NCBI GenBank assembly: GCA_964622425.1
Contig: CAZUQN010000004.1
Coordinates: 1-63,158, forward strand
Source: an uncultured Ruminococcus sp.
Lineage (GTDB): Bacteria; Bacillota; Clostridia; Oscillospirales; CAG-272
Direction: 5' to 3'
DNA: 63,158 nt
Shown: piece by piece, positions 16,747 through 24,545 of the stretch
Position numbering within the stretch: the stretch's first letter is position 1
Layout: every line of letters begins with the position of its first letter
The notes under the pieces: model-generated
Told to the model about the DNA's origin: nothing
Databases searched by the model: none
What the model saw: only the letters and a program-made list of their open reading frames with translations
Position numbers and translations under genes: made by a program

Positions 16747-19700
16747 TCAGGTGAAGGAAACGGTAATCGTAACCTCTCCCTTTGTGCTCCAGGTACAAAG
16801 ACCTACTCTGTACGTTTTACCCGCCTCTACCTCAAACGAGAAGGTGGAGGTAAGGTAAGCGCTTGAGGAATTAGCGGTATTGTTGCCGGCCTCGTCAAGC
16901 TCGTAAATGTCAACCCAGGAGTCGGCGGTAGGCCAGGTAAAGGTTACAGTACCAGACTCGGTAGCGGTGAATTTATAGTAAGTCTTTTCGGTAGCGTCGG
17001 AGGTGATCGTTACGGACTCAGTTCCCTCCTCAAGAACGAAGGGATTGGAGTCTGTTCCCTGCTCCGCGTCGCTCGGCTTATTTATCACTATCTCCTCATC
17101 GGTCGGAGTCAGAGTGTAATAAGTGCCGTTATTTTTTATCGCGGTGAGCGTGCCATCGGTTATTGTAAACTCGGGATCGCCTGAGTTGGGAAGCTTATTG
17201 CCGTTGTAGTATACCTCGAACACACCGTCAACGTAGGTGTAGGTAAAGGTTATTACTCTGCCCTCGGGGTCAACGATGTATATCGCAGAGGAATCAACGA
17301 GGACGCGCACGTTGGAGTTATATACGCAGGTCGCTACGAACTTGCCCTCAAGCCCCGTCTCATCCGGCGTAGGCGTGGGAGTAGGATCGGGATCCGGAGT
17401 AGGAGTAGGATCGGGAGTCGAGCCCGAGCCGTCACCGAGAGTAGCGGTAAACTCAATGTCCGCCTCTGTTCCATCCGCGGTAGCAAGAGCGAGGTAATAC
17501 TTCACTCCGTTTGCTACGGTAAGCCCCAGCTCGGTGACGCCGTCCGCAGACGCAAGAGCGGTGAGGTCGGAGCCGTACTTAGCGTTTACACTGAGGTTAA
17601 AGCTAAGAGTGAGCTCACCGTCCATCCAGGAGTCTAATACGAACCAGACGAGCCCGTCCGAGGTCTTTACAGGATAGGATGCGAAATTGCCGCCGTATAT
17701 ACCAAGCTCATAAGGTTTATCGATGCTACCGGATATAATGGGAGCGCCCGTCTTAACGTTCACGGAAATATCCGCTGCACCGGTGTTCATTAAGTTAAGA
17801 ATAACTGTATCACCCGCGCTTACGCCGTAAACGGTGTAATAGAGTGGGTTAAAATCAGCGTCATAGGCTGCCGCCATCTCATAATCAAGAACGGATACAA
17901 AGCCTCCGGTGATGATTATCACGCAATCCTCGGCAGCGGTGAAGGAGTAGTAGCTGTCTGCTCCGCCCACGAGAGTGATATCGGCAGGAAGGCTCTCAAT
18001 AACGATGGGATTATCATGACTGCCCGCGCCTCCAGAAGAGCCCGAGCCTGATCCGGCATTGCCGTTTTCATCTCCGGGAGCGGTATAGGTTATGCTGAAT
18101 AAATATTCACCTGCTGACTCAAGAGCGCCGACGTATACCGAGAAGGTGTAGACGCCACTTTCAAGATAAGAGATGTTTCTGGAAACAAAGTCGCCCTTGG
18201 AATCGTAGATATTAGCGAAGAAACTATCGCTGATGAAGGTATACGTACCTGCGCGGGTAGCTTCAAGTGAAAGCTGAATAACCTCGCCGGCAATGTCATC
18301 CGAGGTTACGGTGAGGGTGTGGTCTCCGACGGTGACGGGCTTCTTGGTAGGAGCCTCGGGGCTGAGAGCGCCCGAGTATTCACCGGTATAATCGGATACC
18401 GAGTAGGTAACGTAGGTTATAACGGGATCGGCAGAGGTCGTGTAGAAGGTGTAGGTCTCACCTGCAAGCAGAGAGACTGTGAAGCTGCCGCCAAGCGAGC
18501 CATCGGGATCGAGGGGATCGATCATAGCGCTGCCGTAGATCTCCTTATCAGCGGCGCTGAACGCTCCGAGACCCGCGGGTACGGTGAAGGTAAAGTCACC
18601 CGATGCGGGTGCGGTGAAGCTGACCTCGGTGTCCCACGTGTAGGTGAGCGCGTCTGTGACCTCAACGCGGATACCGTTCTCGGGCGCGGGAGGCTCAACG
18701 ACGCTTCCTGCAGAGCTCTCCTCCACGTTTACGGTAAAGGAAACCGTTCTGCCACCGATGCTGATTTCTACGGGATAACTTCCCACGGTACGGCAGTAAA
18801 TGCTGATAGTACCGTCAAATATCCACGTGTAAAGATCTGACGTGCAGGAGAAGGTGTCGAGTATGTAATCCGCGCTCGTACCCGCGGGAGAGAAGTTGCC
18901 AAGATAGATCTTAAGAGTGGTTGCTTCGGTCACCGTGACGGTGGAGCCAAGCTCTGTCGTGCAGCCGAGGTCTGTGTAGAAATCAAAGCTCTCGGGAACA
19001 AAGTCGGACTTCTTTTTCTCGCTGACGTAGGTCCTCTCGCCCTCGATCTGAGATACTACGAAGGTGTAGGTGTCGGGGACAGCGGTATCCTTCATAGTGA
19101 TCGAGTTGGTAGGCTGATTATACACAAAATCATTGTCCGCCTCATTCTCAAGCGAATTGGAATAGCAATCGCAGACTACGGTAAGGTCGGTGAGAGCTCC
19201 CGTCTCGGAAACGCTGAAGGAAACGGAAACCTCGTAGTAATCCACGTGATTCTCCTCGCCTGCGCCCGTCTCGGTGTTAACGTAAAGATAACCGTATGAG
19301 AAGGAGTAAACGCCGTCATCGTAGTTATAAACGTAGTTGGATGCGCCGGAGCTGTAAGAGAGGTTGTAAAGGGCCTCAAGAGTCTTCTCTGCTCCGTATG
19401 CGTCGGCAAGTGTGGAAACCGAGTAATAGTATCCAGTCAGATTATTGAGGGTGGCAGAGGGGTCAAGCATATAGCCTGTGCTCGTGCCGTTGTAGTATTC
19501 GTTATAAATACCGAAGGCTGTCTCGGGGTCGATGAGCTCAAACCACTTCTCCGTGATATCCGAGGAGGCGGTGCCCATATTGTGAGATTCGGTCTCGGTG
19601 CGGTAATATGCATATCCCTTGCCGAGCAGATATATCACGCTCTTATCCGTCTTGACGTATCCGTCAAGAGAAGGCGAGGTGCTATAATAATTATAATTAA

Positions 19701-20244
19701 TAGAGCCGCCAGATATCTTGTCCGCACTCGCAACGATGAGGGGGATTATTTCATCAAGATTCTCAGCATTGGTATCCGAGAGCTGCTCGCCGCATACCGT
19801 ACAGTAGCCGAAGATGCCCTCTACGTGGACGTGATGCGCACAAGCGTCGCAGGCTCCGTCAAAGTTTTCATCAGCATGGCTGCCGAGCTCGGTCTTTTCA
19901 TCCTTGTGAGTGCAGATAGCTGACTTCCAGTGATGAGTAGAGTCCGAGGACCAAGCGGTGGAATAGTTGTGTGTATGGCCGAGAGCATAATCGCAGACGT
20001 CGCATACTCCGTCCTCGTCCGTGTCCACGTGGGTTGCAACGTTAAACTTCAAATCGGTATGCTCACACGTAGCGGCGCGCCAGTGCTGAGTCGAGCTCGC
20101 AGACCATGTATCGCTTTTAGTATGCTCGCAGGTCTCGCCGCTTCCCTGCTCCGGTCCATCGACGGGCGGCAGGAATTCGCAGGATGCGAGCGCAAGAGCA
20201 GCGATCGCAATAAGACAAAGGAGCGTAAAGATCTTTCTTTTCAT
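16747..20244 (-). CDS. Large lipoprotein (1165 aa) with an N-terminal His/Cys/Asp motif pair, a Pro-Thr linker and several PPC-like beta-sandwich domains
   Basis: MKRKIFTLLCLIAIAALALASC contains a lipobox. Motifs CEHT..W....HW..ATCEH......H.D.DEDGVCDVC (two copies). PDPTPTPDPDPTPTPTP linker. Pre-peptidase-C-terminal-like segments, for example GSHDNPIVIESLP...YYSFTA. Confidence 0.85.
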   Translation of the reverse strand: MKRKIFTLLCLIAIAALALASCEFLPPVDGPEQGSGETCEHTKSDTWSASSTQHWRAATCEHTDLKFNVATHVDTDEDGVCDVCDYALGHTHNYSTAWSSDSTHHWKSAICTHKDEKTELGSHADENFDGACDACAHHVHVEGIFGYCTVCGEQLSDTNAENLDEIIPLIVASADKISGGSINYNYYSTSPSLDGYVKTDKSVIYLLGKGYAYYRTETESHNMGTASSDITEKWFELIDPETAFGIYNEYYNGTSTGYMLDPSATLNNLTGYYYSVSTLADAYGAEKTLEALYNLSYSSGASNYVYNYDDGVYSFSYGYLYVNTETGAGEENHVDYYEVSVSFSVSETGALTDLTVVCDCYSNSLENEADNDFVYNQPTNSITMKDTAVPDTYTFVVSQIEGERTYVSEKKKSDFVPESFDFYTDLGCTTELGSTVTVTEATTLKIYLGNFSPAGTSADYILDTFSCTSDLYTWIFDGTISIYCRTVGSYPVEISIGGRTVSFTVNVEESSAGSVVEPPAPENGIRVEVTDALTYTWDTEVSFTAPASGDFTFTVPAGLGAFSAADKEIYGSAMIDPLDPDGSLGGSFTVSLLAGETYTFYTTSADPVITYVTYSVSDYTGEYSGALSPEAPTKKPVTVGDHTLTVTSDDIAGEVIQLSLEATRAGTYTFISDSFFANIYDSKGDFVSRNISYLESGVYTFSVYVGALESAGEYLFSITYTAPGDENGNAGSGSGSSGGAGSHDNPIVIESLPADITLVGGADSYYSFTAAEDCVIIITGGFVSVLDYEMAAAYDADFNPLYYTVYGVSAGDTVILNLMNTGAADISVNVKTGAPIISGSIDKPYELGIYGGNFASYPVKTSDGLVWFVLDSWMDGELTLSFNLSVNAKYGSDLTALASADGVTELGLTVANGVKYYLALATADGTEADIEFTATLGDGSGSTPDPTPTPDPDPTPTPTPDETGLEGKFVATCVYNSNVRVLVDSSAIYIVDPEGRVITFTYTYVDGVFEVYYNGNKLPNSGDPEFTITDGTLTAIKNNGTYYTLTPTDEEIVINKPSDAEQGTDSNPFVLEEGTESVTITSDATEKTYYKFTATESGTVTFTWPTADSWVDIYELDEAGNNTANSSSAYLTSTFSFEVEAGKTYRVGLCTWSTKGEVTITVSFT

Positions 20245-20454
20245 TTCGAAAGTCCTCCTCGATATATTTCATAGCTTTTTCAACTTTTTTATGGCCGCAG
20301 AAAATGCTACGGCTATTATATTATACTATAAAATAAGTCTAATTTCAAGCCTAAATCCGAAATATGACTATTTTCTACGTTTTGTGAATATTTTTCCGCT
20401 TTGAATGAATATTTTACCGTTTTTGTTTGTGCAGTTTCTATAACTTCCGGAAGA

Positions 20455-20494
20455 AAAAATAAAAAGCACACCACCCCGTGAAGGAGTGGTGTGC
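20455..20494 (-). terminator. Terminator of the 784-aa lipoprotein gene
   Basis: GCACACCAC / GTGGTGTGC stem, with a T-run on the minus strand. Confidence 0.7.
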
Positions 20495-20512
20495 GAATGG
20501 GTTATTGCAAAA

Positions 20513-22867
20513 TCAGTTTGCGGAATAGGAAAGGTTTACAGAAACGTCACCAGGCTCCCAATCCTCGGTAAAGATAAGGATAGATACCACATCGCCCTCT
20601 GTAAGAACAAGAGTAAGAGCCTCACCCGCATAGTAGTTGGTATAATCGTAACCCACAACCGCATTTGTACCGGGAGTAACAGTGTAAACACCTGTAGCGT
20701 CAGCAACAATCACCACCTCGGTTCCATTCCAGGAATTGACTACGGTTATAGTGCTATCGCCAAGAGCAAGCTCGTTATCTATTGCGCCAAACTCTATATC
20801 GAGGGAAACCACAACATCGCCGGGCTCATAATCCTCAGTAACGACAACGAGAGTAACAGTTTCATCTGTGATAAGAGTAAGCTCGAGAGTATCACCTGCA
20901 TAATAACAGGTATAATCATAAATTACCACCGCGTTAGTGCCGGGAGTGATAGTATAGGTTCCCGAATAAGGAGCTGTAATGGCAACCTCAGTTCCGTTCC
21001 AAGCATCTTCAACGGTAATTGTATTATCGCCGGATTTAAGCTCTACAGATGCGCTGGATTTAGAAGAAAGTGTAACTGTTACTGTTGCAGCCGAATCTCC
21101 AACGAGTGTCAAGGTCAAGCTGCCATACCATTGATTGGTCACGCCGGATTCGATGCCCGAGCCCCAAGAACTGATATATACAAGGTCACTATTAAATGTA
21201 AGAGCGTATTCGGTATAATAGCTAAGGTCATAAGCATATACAGTATACTCTGCGCCCGGAACGAGTTCAAGAGTGTTGTCACCGATTTCAAGATAAACCT
21301 CGTAAACAACAAGCTCAACGGAAACGGTAACGTCAGCGTCAGTGCCGTCAACGGTAGCAACAACGAAGCTTACGGATGCTCCATCAAGCACGAAAACTTC
21401 CTTGGAATCTACGTAAACGATCTCGCCGTTCTCGCCGATGAAGCCAAGCTTAGCGTTTTCACCCGCGGTAATGAGATAGGTACGATCCTCCCAGTTGCCG
21501 GAGTTAATGACGGATGCGGCAACGCCTGTGCCGTTAGCGCTTACGGTGTTGGCACCGGTATCAAGAACGAAGCCTGCGTATGTAACATTAACTACTTCAT
21601 CAATATCTGTTTCTGCATAGGAATTGTTAATGTAATAGGTAACGGCTTCGCCGGCTGCAAGAGCCTTTGTTACGACGGAGCTACCATGATAGCCCATATA
21701 CTCATATTCATCATCCCAGGTGTAAAGGGTGGAATAATTCTGTGTACAAGCGATCACGTAAGAGCCTGCCTCGGTTGCGGTGAAGGTAACCTTGGTGTAG
21801 TTACCAAGAAGAACGTCGATAGTGTTATCGCCGCTTACGATGATAACGTCAGCGGGAATAACAACGCTGTAGTCAAGCTCATAAACAGCATCCTCAGCCT
21901 CATTGATCTTAACGGTCAGCTCGATGTACTCATCGCCTTCCTTAACATTGACGAAGCAACCGGTTCCCCATACACCGTTCCAAACCATATTCTCAAGGTC
22001 GGAGCCTACCCAGTAGAGACCGGGAGTGGTGGGAGCAACGATTTTAACAGTGGTTTCGAAAGCCGGAATAACGTATCCCTCACCTTCGCCCGCGGGAAGA
22101 ACAACCTCGTCAACGGATACGATGCTGTACTCGTACGCAAACTCATCCATTGCACTCCAAGAGAAGTACTTGGCAACAAGGTTGACCTCACCTGCTTCCT
22201 CTACGGTAAACTCATATACCCACATAGCATCATCGGAGCCCTCAAGACCAAAAACAAGTCCTTCGGTGCCCATAATAGTGTAAGTACCCGCAGTGAGAGC
22301 ATTAAAGGTTATGGACGAGGATGCATAGTTGAAAGCCTCGAGAGACTCAAACTTACCGGTACCCTCTGCAGCAACGGAAGCGAATACCTTCTTCTCTGCA
22401 GAAACGGTAACACTTGTATCAGCGGAAACTGCCGATACCTTGAAGGTATAAACCTTATTTCCGTTTTCAACAGTAGGTTCGCCAACTACCTCTGCGCCGG
22501 TAGCGGTAAGAACGTACTTGTCGCTAACGGTAGCGGTAAAGGTAGCGTCTGTGCCTTCCTTTACAGTAACGGCGGTGCTGCTGAGAGTAACAAGCTCGTC
22601 AGCGGTAACGCTTACGGTGTAAAGATTGTAAATTACGTAGTTACATACGTCACATACACCGTCTTCGCCAGCGTCGCTGTGAGAAGCAACGTCGGACTTC
22701 TGATCTGCATGCTCGCAGGATGCTGCATGCCAATGCTCTGTCTCACTTGTAGACCATTCAGAGCTGAAGGTGTGCTCATGCTCATCTTCAGTAGAGAAAA
22801 GACCACAAGAGGTCAAGCAAAGTAAAAAGATCATAGAAACTAAAACCAAGAGAGAAATCTTTTTCAT
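20513..22867 (-). CDS. Lipoprotein (784 aa) with the same N-terminal His/Cys/Asp motif and a tandemly duplicated C-terminal ~95-aa domain
   Basis: MKKISLLVLVSMIFLLCLTSC is very similar to the signal peptides of the two giant lipoproteins. Motif HEHTFSSEWSTSETEHWHAASCEHADQKSDVASHSDAGEDGVCDVCNY. C-terminal repeats TYTITPGTNAVVIYDYTCYYAGD... and VYTVTPGTNAVVGYDYTNYYAGE... Confidence 0.85.
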   Translation of the reverse strand: MKKISLLVLVSMIFLLCLTSCGLFSTEDEHEHTFSSEWSTSETEHWHAASCEHADQKSDVASHSDAGEDGVCDVCNYVIYNLYTVSVTADELVTLSSTAVTVKEGTDATFTATVSDKYVLTATGAEVVGEPTVENGNKVYTFKVSAVSADTSVTVSAEKKVFASVAAEGTGKFESLEAFNYASSSITFNALTAGTYTIMGTEGLVFGLEGSDDAMWVYEFTVEEAGEVNLVAKYFSWSAMDEFAYEYSIVSVDEVVLPAGEGEGYVIPAFETTVKIVAPTTPGLYWVGSDLENMVWNGVWGTGCFVNVKEGDEYIELTVKINEAEDAVYELDYSVVIPADVIIVSGDNTIDVLLGNYTKVTFTATEAGSYVIACTQNYSTLYTWDDEYEYMGYHGSSVVTKALAAGEAVTYYINNSYAETDIDEVVNVTYAGFVLDTGANTVSANGTGVAASVINSGNWEDRTYLITAGENAKLGFIGENGEIVYVDSKEVFVLDGASVSFVVATVDGTDADVTVSVELVVYEVYLEIGDNTLELVPGAEYTVYAYDLSYYTEYALTFNSDLVYISSWGSGIESGVTNQWYGSLTLTLVGDSAATVTVTLSSKSSASVELKSGDNTITVEDAWNGTEVAITAPYSGTYTITPGTNAVVIYDYTCYYAGDTLELTLITDETVTLVVVTEDYEPGDVVVSLDIEFGAIDNELALGDSTITVVNSWNGTEVVIVADATGVYTVTPGTNAVVGYDYTNYYAGEALTLVLTEGDVVSILIFTEDWEPGDVSVNLSYSAN

Positions 22868-22973
22868 TTTTTAATCCTCCTATATATATTTTTGGTTTTA
22901 AACAAATTAAGTGGTTTTGCGGTTTTTACCGCGTTTTGGGTGTAAAATGCAAATTTACGTTTGCATATTCACC

Positions 22974-24545
22974 TTATTTGTAATATCCGCAGGCAAAGAG
23001 CCATTGCGAATCCTCGTACGCATCGTATCTCGGAACATACTGTTCTGCCCAGCCGTTGCCGTCGCTGAAGAGCTTCTGATTGACGGAATATTTCTGCAAG
23101 AATTCCTTGAGCTCCTCGGTCACGGGGCATCTGCCCGCTATCGCAATATCGGCGTATCCGCGCTGTCCCTTATACTTAGCGGGAAGGATGCGGCAGCCAT
23201 TCTCGGCGCAGGTCTTGCAGTTATCCTCGACTGTACACGCGCCGCCGTTGGTAGCGAAGCACTCGCAGTCAGCACTGCAGAAGTACGGACCAACGTCACC
23301 GTGCCAGATGATCAGCTCGTCGTAGCCCTCGATAAAGAGCTTATAATTCTCTGTTCCCGAGGAGACGGTGAGAGCCTTATTTCCGGCATACTCAACCGTA
23401 TTGAACGCGGAGTCGATAAAGATCGTGGGATTGGTGATCTCGGCGTAGAGTATCGGTCCCCAACCGCCGTATGCGGCATACCTCTCAAGGTCAAAGACGT
23501 GATAGTAGCCATCGTCGGGATTGAGCTTATAGTTGTTCTGATCGAATACGCGCTTGCCGTCGATGATCACAGACGCATCGGAGTAATCCGACGAGCCGTA
23601 TTTCGCTTTATCAGCCTCAAGGTAAGAATAATAATCGGAATACCAAGAGGAATATGACGAGTCGTTGGGAATAAAGTCGGGGAATACGAAATTCGAAACT
23701 ATCCAATCGTAGGTATATCCGCCCTCATAGGTAATGGCAAAATCAACGTTCACGGGATAGGTCGCATCCTTACCGTTGACAAATACCGCGAAGGTGTAGC
23801 AGTTTCCGATAAAGGCCTCGTCAACCTCAACGATATGCTTGAAATTGGTGGTATATCCCAGCGATGCTCCGCCGCCGTCAAGTTGGTAAGCGTAGTACTT
23901 GAATTGCGAGCTGCCGTAATAAACGTCTGCAACAGGATCGTACATGCCCGCGCTGACGTCAACCCAAGACTCTATTGCGTACGTGCCTGCCTTGGAGGGG
24001 GAAAACTCGAAGTATACTACCCTGCCCTCCTTGGCTATCTCGGCGCGGTACACACCGGGCTTGCTCATGCCTATCGCGCTGTAAAGGCCGTTGCCGCTTC
24101 CACGAGTCTTGGTGAGAGTCTGAAGCTCTATAACAACGCTCTTTTTGTCATTCGACGCGGTGTAGATATTGGGATTATAGGTGTAATCGTCGGACAAATT
24201 AATAAGTGTGACGGTGTAATCTCCGTCAAGTCCGTAGCACTCTGCCCTACCGTCCTCGTCAACGGTGACCGTATGGTAGGTCTTGCCGTCGGTCCATCTC
24301 ACCTTCAGAGCGAGTGAATCGTCGGAGACGGTGGGTGGAGTATAGGGCTTACCGTTAATCATAACGGTTGCTACAAACGGCTCCTCCTCTTCCTCGCCGC
24401 CAACATCGGGCGGATTATCATCGGGAGGCGTGGTGTCACCCTCATTTTCCTCCTCGCCCGTATCGGGCGGATTGTACACGCCGCACGCGGAGAATGAGAA
24501 TAAAAGGATGAAAATCAAAAGGAGGGATATTATTCTGTTTTTCAT
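22974..24545 (-). CDS. Lipoprotein (523 aa), unknown function, last gene of the MoxR/VWA operon
   Basis: Start chosen at ATG 24545 (MKNRIISLLLIFILLFSFSAC, lipobox) with an AAAGGAGG RBS. This start overlaps the upstream stop as ATGA (24542-24545). Cys-rich C-terminal region CSADCECFATNGGACTVEDNCKTCAENGC. Confidence 0.85.
   Translation of the reverse strand: MKNRIISLLLIFILLFSFSACGVYNPPDTGEEENEGDTTPPDDNPPDVGGEEEEEPFVATVMINGKPYTPPTVSDDSLALKVRWTDGKTYHTVTVDEDGRAECYGLDGDYTVTLINLSDDYTYNPNIYTASNDKKSVVIELQTLTKTRGSGNGLYSAIGMSKPGVYRAEIAKEGRVVYFEFSPSKAGTYAIESWVDVSAGMYDPVADVYYGSSQFKYYAYQLDGGGASLGYTTNFKHIVEVDEAFIGNCYTFAVFVNGKDATYPVNVDFAITYEGGYTYDWIVSNFVFPDFIPNDSSYSSWYSDYYSYLEADKAKYGSSDYSDASVIIDGKRVFDQNNYKLNPDDGYYHVFDLERYAAYGGWGPILYAEITNPTIFIDSAFNTVEYAGNKALTVSSGTENYKLFIEGYDELIIWHGDVGPYFCSADCECFATNGGACTVEDNCKTCAENGCRILPAKYKGQRGYADIAIAGRCPVTEELKEFLQKYSVNQKLFSDGNGWAEQYVPRYDAYEDSQWLFACGYYK

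Noticed and set aside
20486-22825. 779-aa + strand ORF overlapping the 784-aa lipoprotein gene.
   Set aside because: Antisense shadow ORF. It has no RBS and an implausible composition, whereas the minus-strand product has a lipobox, the conserved motif and a terminator.
6035-22867. Considered diversity-generating retroelement targeting or invertase-driven phase variation of the lipoprotein family.
   Set aside because: There is no reverse transcriptase, template repeat, invertase or recombinase gene in the window. The promoters are not bracketed by inverted repeats. Only homologous-recombination potential remains.
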